Shown piece after piece: positions 42,665 to 54,887 of a DNA stretch of 64,000 bases (the stretch's first letter is position 1; each line of letters opens with the position of its first letter). Origin of the DNA: Octopus vulgaris (lineage: Eukaryota); contig OX597839.1 in assembly GCA_951406725.2 (NCBI GenBank), forward strand, positions 7,192,001 through 7,256,000, read 5' to 3'. Below the pieces are notes generated by a model. It did no database searches, had not been told where the DNA came from, and saw only the letters and a list, made by a program, of their open reading frames with translations. The position numbers and the translations under genes were made by a program.

Positions 42665-44655
42665 ATTTATTTATTATAGGCACAAGGCCTGCATACAGAG
42701 GGGACATACACAAACATGCGGGAACAAAAAAACATATGAAAGAAGGAATTACAATGAATTAAATTATAATGAATATGAGACGGTTTTCTCGGTCCCACTC
42801 CGAGACGAAACCGCGATTTCTTTTTTACAATTAAACGTGCTTACAGTTTTTTTTCTTGCTTTTTTTTCGCTTTTTTTAGCTTGTTGTTTTTATATTATTT
42901 TTTTTTTTCTTTATACATTTTAACAGTCTATATTCCACGTTTAGTTTTTTTATGTAGTACAAATTTTACTTACTTATTTTTAAATATTCATAAAAGGTTT
43001 CAAATCGTCTTATTCCACGTCAAACTCGACTTATAACAAAAAGTTAGTGAAATATTAAAAAAAATTACAGTTGGATCGACAGACAAATATAACAAACTAA
43101 TTTGACAAAAAATGTGAATTTTTAATTATTTTCTGAGATTTTACAAAAATTAAAAAAAATATTATTAAAATTATTTTAAAATTTTCTATGCAAAGTCCAT
43201 ACATATCTCTTCCTATGAAAAGTCAATACATCTCTCTTAATTTCAAAAATCTCTCTTTAACTATGACCACTCCCCTCGTGCATTCCGGGCACCTTCCTGG
43301 CGGCAGCCCCCTTCATATTACAGATTTATACCTCACAATCGCTCTCTCCACCTCTTTACCTCTGGAATACGTGACCAAATGCCACTTACACCTCCCTCCT
43401 TTCACTTCTGCTTGCTCCGGACCCCGTCCCGATGCTCGGGCGCGCCGAAACATCACAACCAACTCCACAAACGCCTCTTCCTCCTCCCTCTGCAATGCTG
43501 TCCCTTCCTGTGTGCCCTCCTTCACCACCGCTTCTGTTGGTGCTTCACACCCACCTCTCCCTTCCTACATCACAACCTCCCTCAGACCCCTTGACTGTCT
43601 GGGGAGAATTCACCCGTACCCCCTCCTCCCCGTGTCTACCACTGTGAAGGGCTCCTCCACTCCACCTGTCACCCTCGCCGGCACAACTTCCTCAGCACTG
43701 CTTTCTTCACCCTTCCTCTCCTCCTCGTCCTCCCTCTCGAGACATCTCGTCCCCTTTTGTCCACCCCCCAGCCACATAGGAAGCATGTTGGTGGTCCCCC
43801 TCCACTGCCACTCGAAGTCCGCCGTCTTCCGGGAGTACTACTTCCTCCGCTTCACTATGCAAGTCCTCCAAAGACACCTTCATGACCACCTCGAGGCTAC
43901 AGCCCCACCAATTGGATCTCGAGGTCCCCGTCATCTTGAGGATCCCCACTCCATCCCTAATATCTCGCATCACGGCCGCCACCAGCCATTCCTCCTTGAA
44001 CTTGGGGGGCGGGCACCCCTTCAACTCCCACTCCGGCAGCGTGCCCGCCGCAGCAATTCGGTAGCAGCATCCATTTCGCTGTCTCCAACGTCTCCGTGGA
44101 GCGGTCCACGGCATCTTCCTCGCTACCAAACCCCACTTCCACAGAGCCACATCTTCCACGTGCATAGAACGTGGTCAACTCCTTCACACTCTCGAGGCAC
44201 TCCTCCGCCTCCTCCACTGGGACCACCTCCATCCTGTTCGAGGACGCAGACAACGCTCCGTACATCATCATCCTCCTCTCCATGCCCCCCCCACCAGCTC
44301 CTCAGGGGGAGCCAGCTTCAGACTGGTTCCCTCCCTCCCTCCCCACAAACCCCCTCCTTCCTTTCTCCCTCCCTCCCACGTCCACTGCCACTTCCTGCAC
44401 CTCCAGGGTGCTGGCATTCACTCCCCGTGTCGCCGCCGCCGCGTCTGCGCAACCCTGTCCACCCTCCACCCGTCCTCACTTCTCCCGCAGACGGGGACCA
44501 CACAGGTGCAAACGAAACAGTGTCCGAAATTGAACAACCTACACAACCCAACGAATCCCGGCCCACCCGCGCGGGGAAACCCACAACAAATATACAATAT
44601 CAGCGTGTAACAACTCGAAGTCACATCGAAGAAATCACAACCAACACCCAGTGGG
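42665..44655 (-). mobile_element. ORF1-only non-autonomous non-LTR retroelement (L1/Tx1-like), copy B, about 2 kb
   Basis: Bounded by aatcacc(a/g)g(c/t)t target repeats; 5' UTR, decayed ORF1, AT-rich 3' UTR and (aata)n tail. Confidence 0.8.
43223..44469 (-). pseudogene. Gag-like ORF1 pseudogene with degenerate CCHC zinc knuckle, A-to-G hypermutated
   Basis: Frameshifted frames ...YARGRCGSVEVGFGSEEDA..LLPNCCG..VPPKFKEEWLVAA..RVAVEG.PPTCFLCG..GQKGTRC (C-X2-C-X4-Q-X4-C at about 43742-43787); start codon is GTG where copy A has ATG. Confidence 0.7.
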
Positions 44656-44771
44656 AATCACCAGCTAGGGGTGAGAACTGATTCCGAACGCAAAATACTA
44701 TATGCTTTTTCCAGTGGCAAGCCGTCACTGATTTTCAAAAGGGAGAAACAAAACAAGCAATAATAAACATA

Positions 44772-44945
44772 TTTGCATAGAAAATTTTAAAATAATTTTA
44801 ATAATATTTTTTTTAAATTTTTGTAAAATCTCAGAAAATAATTAAAAATTCACATTTTTTGTCAAATTAGTTTGTTATATTTGTCTGTCGATCCAACTGT
44901 AATTTTTTTAAATATTTCACTAACTTTTTGTTATAAGTCGAGTTT
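44772..44945 (+). repeat. Inverted copy of 43022-43194 (about 172 bp)
   Basis: Reverse-complement match with only homopolymer-level differences. Confidence 0.92.
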
Positions 44946-44965
44946 ATAAACAGTAGCAGCACGAC

Positions 44966-45803
44966 ATCGTGAAGTATATTTGCCACCTAAATGTGGTTGA
45001 TCCATATGGGACGATGCTACTGTTGTTTATAGCCCTAGGAAGACATCACGTTTTCGAGATCAGTGATGATTTGTCACTGGAAAAAGCATATAGGATTTTG
45101 CGTTTGGAATTAATTCTCATCCCTAGCTGGTGGTTGTCACACGCTGATGACGGGTTACTACCAGAAACCCGGGTCTGTGTGTATCACGTAAGGCTAGAAA
45201 TGGGAACGATAATTTCCATTCGCAAATACTGATCGAGGATATTTTCCTTTTGATGGACGGAATTCAACACAATTTCTAGTCAACTAAACAGTTTGAAACT
45301 TCGTATACTGGTAGAATATGTCAAAAGAAAACATTATTTTCACTTGGCTTTTTTGAGAAAATTGTAATTTGTAAGTTTAACGTAGTTTAATTTTTCGAAT
45401 TTCCTTTTGATATTTAAGAGATATGGCTGTTATTTCTAGCACATGCCTCCTCGTTTGTTTATCAATATTGATAACGCAGCAAATGATTTGAACTCAAATG
45501 CTGGCAATTCATTGGTTAAAATTCGAAGAATTAAACTACGTTAAACTTACAAATTACAATTTTCTCAAAAAAGCCAAGTGAAAAAAATGTTTTCTTTTGA
45601 CACATTCTACCAGTATACGAAGTTTCAAACTGTTTAGTTAACTAGAAATTGTGTTGAATTCCGTCCATCAAAAGGAAAAGATCCCTGATCGAACACAGAG
45701 TGTCGTTAGCCAGCTGGAGAAGCTGTCTTCCGAGGGTTAAAAACAGCAGTAGCATCTTCCCGTATGGGTGATGTACATTGAAATGGAAAATATACTTCAC
45801 GAT
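44966..45803 (+). mobile_element. Older MITE with degenerate TIRs of about 80 bp (atcgtgaagtatatt...)
   Basis: 44966-45047 pairs with 45722-45803; contains the empty retroelement target and a nested MITE. Confidence 0.75.
45237..45684. mobile_element. Foldback MITE with TIRs of about 165 bp, GGAT ends and 8-bp TSD
   Basis: TSD ctgatcga at 45229-45236 and 45685-45692; arms share aaacttcgtatactggtagaat with the telomere-bearing MITE. Confidence 0.92.
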
Positions 45804-46664
45804 ATATATATATATATATATATCGCTACGTTCTCAGTTCGAATTCCTCCGAGGTCAACTTTGCCTTTCATCCCTTCGGGGTCGTTAAATTATGTGAAAG
45901 AAACACTAGGTTCAAAATCTGAAGCCCTGCTGCCTTAGAAAGTAGAAAGCATTGTGTACATGTTATGTCTTCAATGACTCCTCAACATGTAACAACACAA
46001 AAAAAAAATGGTGGCGATTGTGATGTCAGTAGTGTTAAGTGTTACTATTACTTTTGTTGTTGTTGTTGTTGTTGTTGATGCTGTCGGTGGTGTCGATGCC
46101 GGCATCTGTTAGAATATTTAGTGAAATACTTTCAAAGTAAACACGTTGCTTCTCCGCCTACCCCTACTGGTCTAATTGTTTAAATTACTGCCAGAAACAT
46201 TTTATTACCTACAATGGTATTTTTTCATTAAATTTGGTATTCAACACCTCATTTAATATCTTATCTACTTACCTACCTACCTACCAACCTACTTTAGATT
46301 CCCATACATCTGATTCCTCCTCAACCTCGTCTCTTCGGGTTATCTTTAATCAGAGAGAATCTCAGACTCACAAAGCTAGTAGCTTCCACCTCGCTGTCTA
46401 TCTACCTCTCTCTCTCTGTCTCTTCCTACCACCTTCTGTCTGTCTATCTGTCTGTCTGTTTGTCGCTCCCCCTACTCTCTCTCTAACTATCAATTTATCA
46501 ATTTAATTACCTATCCATGTATCTGTCTACCAGTTTCTATACGTTTGTCTGTTTCTCTATCTATTTGTCTTACAGGCACACACACACACACATACACGCT
46601 CGCATACACTCAAGCACAGGCACATAAACACATATATCATAAACACATATATACATTCTTTATT

Positions 46665-46901
46665 CTTTTAATCGTTTCAGTCATTTGACTCGACCCCGGG
46701 ACTTATTCTTTGTAAGACCAGTACTTATTTTTGCCGAGCCGCTAAGTGACGGGGACATAAACACACCAGCATCGGTTGTCAAGCACAGACACACATATAC
46801 ATATTTACGATGGGCAAATCCACTCGGCCCGGGGCTATAGCAGAAGACACTAGCCCAAGATGCCACGCAAGCTACTTACCACACAGCCACTCCTGCGCCT
46901 A
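46665..46901 (-). mobile_element. SINE family B with multiple internal deletions
   Basis: Head, CORE-like and tail pieces are collinear but shortened. Confidence 0.8.
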
Positions 46902-46975
46902 TGCATAAATATCACGGATTATATATATAAATATACATACATAGAACGTATATATGTATGTATATATATATATAC

Positions 46976-47018
<43 letters not shown>

Positions 47019-47630
47019 TATGTGTGTGTGTGTTCACGACACACATATTTACTGATATATGTGTGTGTGTGTATACAACTACACATATATTCATTCATGC
47101 ATAAATACATACAGACACACACGTATATACTTATGATGCCTTTAATGTGTTTAATGCATGAAGTTTCATTACTATTGTTTATAGTATTTGACAGATGTGA
47201 ATAAGTCTATCTTAGTTCTATGACAAAGAGGGCACGCGAGAATCTATTTGGGTTTACTTTCATTTTTTAAATTAAAAACGGAAGGTGGGTAACCATGACC
47301 CCTATTACATGGTCCTGGGAACTAGTGGGGGAGAATGAGGAATGCATCCTCAACATCCAAACCGGTTGAATGAGAGTCTGTTAAAGAGAACCAAGGTGTC
47401 TCACGGATTAAGAATACCATCTACATCGGCCATGGCCAGACTTGAACTCAAAACGCTGAGATTGAGAACAAATACTTTGAGATAATCCGGTGTTCCAACG
47501 CGAAATTTGCCGAGTTATTATATAATATAGTATGGTGACAACAGGCACTAAATATGATGGAATATCTTTTGATAAATAAACGTATTTTCGTAAGTAATTT
47601 GTTTAAATGATTAATTAAAGCGCATTAATT

Positions 47631-48220
47631 ATAGGCGCAGGAGTGGCTGTGAGGTAAGTAGCTTGCTTACGAACCACATGGTTCTGGGTTCAGTCCCACT
47701 GCGTGGCACCTTGGGCAAGTGTCTTCTACTATAGCCTCGGGCCGACTAAAGCCTTGTGAGTGGATTTGTTAGACGGAAACTGAAAGAAGCCCGTCGTATA
47801 TATGTGTGTTTGTGTGTGTGTTTGTCTCCCTCAACATCGCTTGACAATCGATGCTGGTGTGTTATCGTCATTGCCCAGCTTCTGTCTGAAGACCTGGGTA
47901 ATGACGATAAAGGAGGACCTCTCCGAACTTTCAGGTCCGCAGGTGGTCGGGTCGTTATCTCTAGTGATCTCGCACAGGACCGTCGAGCGTGAGCCGCCAT
48001 GGTTCGTGATGCCATCGGGACGAGAGAGGAAGCCGGCTCAACCCGCCCTGGGTGAACGCCGTCTCAGGCACAAGTAGTTTACGTCCCCGGTTCGGCAAAA
48101 GAGAGCGATAGAATAAGTACTAGGCTCACAAAGAATAAGTTCTGGGGTCGATTTGCTCGACTAAAAGCGGTGCTCCAGCATGGCCGCAGTCAAATGACTG
48201 AAAACAAGTAAAAGAGTAAA
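47631..48220 (+). mobile_element. SINE family B interrupted by an RTE fragment
   Basis: Consensus breaks at gctggtgtgtt and resumes at gtttacgtcccc (48077). Confidence 0.9.
47862..48076 (+). mobile_element. RTE-clade LINE 3' end with snap-back 5' junction
   Basis: KTWVMTIKEDL..SGPQV..SDLAQDRRA*AAMVRDA..EAGSTRPG* then caagta tail; 17-bp inverted repeat at the 5' end. Confidence 0.75.
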
Positions 48221-48226
48221 GCTTTA

Positions 48227-48430
48227 AGGCAGCAACCTGGCAGAATCATTAGCTGGGCAAGATGCTTAGCGGCATTTCGTCCGTCTTTACGTTCTGAGTT
48301 CAAAAAGTCGACCATACCTTTCGTTCTTTCGGGGTCGATAAGTTAAGTACCAGCTGAATACTCGGGTTGATGTTATCGACTTATCTTTACCCCATATTTT
48401 CAGGCCTTGTGTCTTTAGTAGAAGAGATTA
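48227..48430 (+). mobile_element. Older SINE family A variant
   Basis: aggcagcaacctggcagaatcattagc...caggccttgtgtctttagtagaa. Confidence 0.8.
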
Positions 48431-48782
48431 ATAATTAATAATTAAAGCTTGAAATACGAAAAAAAAACAACTTTTGACTCAAAGTGATACATTAATATAC
48501 GTAGATCTCAACAAATTATCCTATATTTTGCATATTATTGGTCTTATTAATATCGTCTTTATAATATAATTTAAGAGTGACACTAATCAAGCCAACTATG
48601 AATCAGACGATATTGGGTAAAATAATTATGATTTATATTAATTATAACTGTAACTATATTAATATAGACACAACGATATACTTAGGAAAACGTGTCTATT
48701 CGCAAATGGCGTAGAGACAGTAATTGTGACAAAATTAAAATATGAGTTACGTTTCCTAAGCATAGTTTCATTAAATGATTGT

Positions 48783-48988
<206 letters not shown>

Positions 48989-49009
48989 AAGAAGAAGAAG
49001 AAGAATCGA

Positions 49010-49712
<703 letters not shown>

Positions 49713-49857
49713 AGAAAAAAAAATATATGCTAAAGGACACTGTGGCACGAATCCAAACCTTGCAATTGAAACCGAGGAGACGGAAATTGTGAGGAAGACC
49801 CTCCGTAGGATTATACCAGTAATTCATAACTGAAAATGTCCAGCTTGTTTGTTACTC

Positions 49858-50005
49858 CATGTCACGCTGCTTTGGCCAAGAATTTCGTTAAAAGTACGGT
49901 CAAGCGTGGAGAAGAATATTCAATCACACGCACCTTAATTGCATTAACAGGTAGATCAATTGATCAAACAACATGATATTCACCGTCGAAACCGACGGAG
50001 ATCCG
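49858..50005 (+). mobile_element. Old SINE family C 3' body
   Basis: gtcacgctg...cgttaaaagtac...cgtcgaaaccgacggag is collinear with the tail of the 27522-27918 copy. Confidence 0.5.
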
Positions 50006-50462
50006 TTTACTTTAATTTACGTAATATGTGTATCGTGCCTCGTAGTGCTCAATCATTATATGCTATTCCTTTATCCTTTCATTCATTTATTCATTAATTC
50101 TTTCATTCTCTACATCATTCTTTCATTCATTCAATATTGGGGTTGTTGTTTTTTTTTGTTTTTTTGTATTTTACTTGTTTGATTGTTTGTTGTTGTTTTT
50201 TTTGGGGTTTTTTTTTGATGGTCGGCGCAGGGGAATGTGGAATTGGTGTTTTCTTTCATTGCATCATTGATTCCTTTTCCTATTTTTTTCCCCCCTCTTC
50301 ACAATCTTCTGATAGAATATGGTCGTCGTGGAAGAATATTTCTGGAATTGACACCATGAAAAGAAGAAACGATTTCTGGGATATTTTTTCATCAGTATAT
50401 TTCATTTATTTTTCAGCCAATCTGAATGAGACTCCATATTTGTATACCACACATATATACAT

Positions 50463-50525
<63 letters not shown>

Positions 50526-50682
50526 CATACATACATACATACATACATACATACATACAAAAGTACGTATATATATATGTATATACACATACATGTACAT
50601 TTACACATACATATATACATATATACTTATACGTATGCACATACTAATATACATATTATATGCATACACACGAATAAATGCG

Positions 50683-50860
50683 CACATACCTATATACATA
50701 TACATACATATAGAGATACGTACGTATTATGTACATACACACATACCTATATACATATACATACATATAGACATACGTACGTATTATGTACATACACACA
50801 TACCTATATACATATACATACATATCGATATACGTACGTATTATGTACATACACACATAC
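50683..50860. repeat. 60-bp tandem repeat, three copies
   Basis: cacatacctatatacatatacatacatatag..atacgtacgtattatgtacatacaca occurs three times. Confidence 0.9.
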
Positions 50861-51221
50861 ATGCGTAAATCTGCGCATTTATCGATTTATTGATCAGCAT
50901 ATCGAAACGATAGTATTTTCGATGATATAGTTGATTAAAAATAGCAAAGAAAAAATACACGAACACACATACACACACATATATATATCCCGAGACATGT
51001 GCGCAAGCACACTCGTAAAAAGCGATCCATGCATACATCTATTATATACAGGTAACAAGCCTCGATGCTGCAATTTACAATATCTACCCTTCAAGAGATG
51101 ATATTGTCAGCATTCCTTCTTATAATTATAATACAAGTAAAGAAATCCTTCGTCGGTTTCGACGAAGACTATTCCACCTATTTGACCATAGGAACTATCT
51201 TTACATTGAATAATAGCTATT

Positions 51222-51771
51222 TCTATTTCTTTACTACCCACAAGGGGCTAAACACAGAGAGGACAAACAAGGACAGACAAACAGATTAAGTCGATTACAT
51301 CGACCCCAGTGCGCAACTGGTTCTTAATTTATCGACCCCGAAAGAATGAAAGGCAAAGTCGACCTCGGTGGAATTTGAACTCAGAACGTAACGGCAGACG
51401 AAATACCTATTTCTTTACTAGCCACAAGGGGTGAAACACAGAGGGGAAAAACAAGGACAGACAAACGGATTAAGTCGATTACATCGACCCCAGTGCGCAA
51501 CTGGTTCTTAATTTATCGACCCCGAAAGGATGAAAGGCAAAGTCGACCTCGGTGGAATTTGAACTCAGAACGTAACGGTAGACGAAATACCTATTTCTTT
51601 ACTAGCCACAAAGGGTTAAAGACAGAGAGGACAAACAAAGACAGACAAACAGATTAAGTCGATTACATCGACCCCAGTGCGCAACTGGTACTTAATTTAT
51701 CGACCCCGAAAGGATGAAAGGCAAAGTCGACCTCGGCGGAATTTAAACTCAGAACTTAACGGCAGACGAAA
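51222..51771 (-). mobile_element. SINE family A tandem trimer (186-bp units)
   Basis: ctatttctttacta...gacgaaat three times head to tail, each lacking the A-box head. Confidence 0.92.
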
Positions 51772-51984
51772 TCCGGATTCGGCTTAGTTTTTTCACCTCT
51801 TCGTAGGAGATAAGCAGGGTGCCAGCCTCGTACTTGGGTCGGTTATTTTGTTGATTGTTCTTTCCTACATCTTTACCGTCCAGTAAAAAATTGGGTGAAA
51901 CCACAACCGAATAGGACAGCACTGAAGTAGGATCGTTTCCCCTATCTCCAAATGATCAAGACCCGCTGTATTTCATGACAATAC

Positions 51985-52404
51985 GGATCTTTTCGGTTTG
52001 AACGGCAGTTTTTTTCTAGCAGTGTCATATGAAATTGTCACCCATAATTATGACCCTAGCATCGATCTATTGCATTTCAATCTGTTTTAGGGTTAGAGTT
52101 AGTTAGGGTTAGGGTTAGGGGTTGGGGGAAAGGTATCTTCTTTTCTTCACAAATGTCAATAAATCCAATCTGTTTCTGAAACGAGGGACAGAATTTTTTT
52201 TACCTCAATAGACGTATTTGATTGGTTGAAATTGCAGAAATTGAAGAAAAAACAACAACAAATATCTTACAAACTATAGAATTTTCTCAATAAAGCCAAG
52301 AGAAAAAGATGTTTTATAAACACATTCTACCAGTATACGAAGTTTAAAATTTTTTAGTTACCTAGAAATTATGTTAAAAACTGCCGTTCAAACCCAAAAG
52401 ATCC
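51985..52404 (+). mobile_element. Telomere-repeat MITE, copy 3, with 8-bp TSD
   Basis: TIRs ggatcttttcggtttgaacggcagttttt; TSD gacaatac at 51977-51984 and 52405-52412; TTAGGG-like units at 52087-52119. Confidence 0.93.
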
Positions 52405-53149
52405 GACAATACTCTGACAACCATATCAAGAGTTAACAGCTCAAACATATTATACGAACTTTTTCTGTCTCATTCCAGTATGAGTAATTCACCGAACATT
52501 TCATAGACATGTGACTTTAACATAGTACCCAGGCAGAAGCATGTGACCGTGTATGATATGTCAGGATCCTTTTAATTATAGTTCTACAGCCATTTGACTT
52601 CAGTTAACTTAAAAGACTTGGGTCGACCTAACACTGAAGTGCAAGGCAATTTCCCAAATGCCCTCTAGTGACATCAAACCCAGGACGTCATGACTTCGGA
52701 GCAAACGACTTCAGTGCAGGAGCATGACTGCACACGATGCACCGATCAGCCAAAACGGAAATTCGGTGCGAAAATTCAGATAAACACAGATATATGTATA
52801 TATGAAACATATTCTCATTTATTTGATTGCAGTCAGTCACTGTTGCGATGCTATGGCGTCGTTGATCGTAATAACTGCAGAATTTATTTCGATCGTACAT
52901 TAATTTTATTGAATGCCGTTTGTTGCATCGCTAAGTTCTAGATTATAAAACTAAAACACCATTAACGCGCGCGCACACACACACACGCGCACACACATAC
53001 ACAGACGCAACACACACAGACACACACACACACACACACACACAGAGCACAACACGTTAAAAGATTTAGTACCTTAATTTTCTATACCGCTACAGTTTTG
53101 TGTTCCCCTGGTTTTGTCCAAACTTTAATACTATTTACTATACTATTAC

Positions 53150-53295
53150 TGTTTTACTTGTTTCAGTCATTTGACTGTGGCCATGCTGGAGCACCGCCTT
53201 TAGTCGAGCAAATCGACCCCAGGACTTATTCTTTGTAAGCCTAGTCCTTATTCTATCAGTCGCTAAGTTACGGGGATGTAAACACACCAGCATCG
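53150..53295 (-). mobile_element. SINE family B 3' half
   Basis: ttttacttgtttcagtcatttgactg...aacacaccagcatcg. Confidence 0.88.
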
Positions 53296-53710
53296 ACAGA
53301 AGAACAATATCAGCTCCGTCGATCGCAGCAGATACGGAAAGGCTAGACACATCGAAGATCCTGGACATATTCCCTTTCGTCAGACCAAGCAAAAAACAAA
53401 AGACAAGCTGCCCTGCCAGTTTTTACTAAGAGAGAAATAACTATCACGTCTGATGACAGTAAATTTGTTAAAATGGCGGAAATAGAAGAGAGTAACAATA
53501 AACAGCAGTATGCGAGAGGTAAAGCGATTCGGGGAAGTTTGAGGGAGATGGATGTAAGATGGACGACGCCAGAAGAGGAAAGGGTGAGAATAGAATTAAA
53601 ATGCAAGGAAGCATGTTGGCTCGCAAACAGAAGATACGACACGAACCGGATTTAGTTTTTATCTAGCCTGGGAGTGTTTGCACCCAGAACATCTAACATC
53701 ACATTCGTAA
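53296..53710 (+). pseudogene. Possible LINE ORF1 remnant
   Basis: Purine-rich coding-like frames (..QQYARGKAIRGSLREMDVRWTTPEE..) loosely similar to YARGRCGSVEV in the copy B ORF1. Confidence 0.3.
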
Positions 53711-53951
53711 TGGTCACGTGATGTAACATCGTTGTTGTTATTGGTTGTGTTGTTTTTTTGCGGTTGCTGTTGTTGTTGTTGTTGTTGTTGTTGTTTCATT
53801 ATTTAACCCCAGATTTAACCCCAGGCAACGATGCCTCGAGCCTATGATCAAAGACACTCCAACTCTGACCATCGCATCTTATAGTCAAACTGTGTATTTC
53901 GTACTACATCGTCCAACATTATTCACATTTCTCAAAAAAGATAAACATCGC

Positions 53952-54331
53952 CGTGGCTGTGTTGTAAGAAGCTTGCTTCCCAACCACATGGTTCCGTGTT
54001 CAATCCTATTGCATGTTTTCTACTATATATTTCTTTACTACCCAAAAGGCGCTAAACATAGAGGGGACAAACAAGGACAGACAAACGGATTAAGTCGATT
54101 ACATCGACCCCAGTACGTAACTGGTACTTTATTTATCGACCCCGAAAGGACGAAAGGCAAAGTCGACTTCGGCGGAATTTGAACTGAGAACGTAACGGCA
54201 AACGAAATACCGCTAAGCATTTCGCCCGGCGTGCTAACGTTTCTGCCAGCTCGCCGCCTTACTACTATAGCCTCAGGACCTCCAAAGTCTTGTGATTAGA
54301 TTTGGTAGACAGAAACTGAAAGAATCCCATC

Positions 54332-54377
<46 letters not shown>

Positions 54378-54632
54378 CTCTGTGTGTGTGGGTGTGTGTG
54401 CTTATGTGTGTGTGAATATGTGTCTGTCCCTCCGCCATCGCTTGACGACAGATGCTGGTGTGCTTATGTCACCGTAACTTAGCAGTTAGGCAAAAGACCC
54501 CGATAGAATAAGTACTAGGCTTACAAAGAATAAGTCCTGCGGTCGATTTCTTCAGCTAAAAAACCCTTTAAGTCGGTGGCTCCAGCATGGCCGCAATCAA
54601 ATGACTGAAACAAATAAAACAATAAAAGAATA
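53952..54632 (+). mobile_element. SINE family B with a nested antisense SINE family A (54028-54260)
   Basis: B consensus is broken at ctactata, which recurs after the A copy. Confidence 0.88.
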
Positions 54633-54887
54633 AGTTAAAATTGGGAGATATCGTCTCCAGAAGAATTTAGCTGCTATTTCTTGCATGTCCTGTGACCACA
54701 TGCAGACTCGCTCGTTCTGTCGTGGTGGTCATTTTCATTCTGGCAGGCTAATAGGTGCGATTTCAACATTAAACATTGTGGTATTTGTTGTGACAATAAC
54801 AGTTTCGGTGCAGGGGTTGAAATGGTAGTGGTGATGGTCCTGGTGGCCCTGGTAGTAGCTATTGTGGTAGTAATACTGCTGTTGTGA

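Larger units (their letters stand above)
41930..44740 (-). mobile_element. Host repeat (internal part of the 44966-45803 MITE family) split by two retroelement insertions
   Basis: 41930-42032 and 44656-44740 join to match 45050-45230 in reverse complement. Confidence 0.8.

Noticed and set aside
43188-44681. 497-aa plus-strand ORF as a genuine host gene
   Set aside because: Antisense to a retroelement ORF1 and low complexity; kept only as a possible by-product of hypermutation
51222-51771. Regular repeats as a CRISPR-like array
   Set aside because: 186-bp SINE units with no unique spacers, in a eukaryotic context
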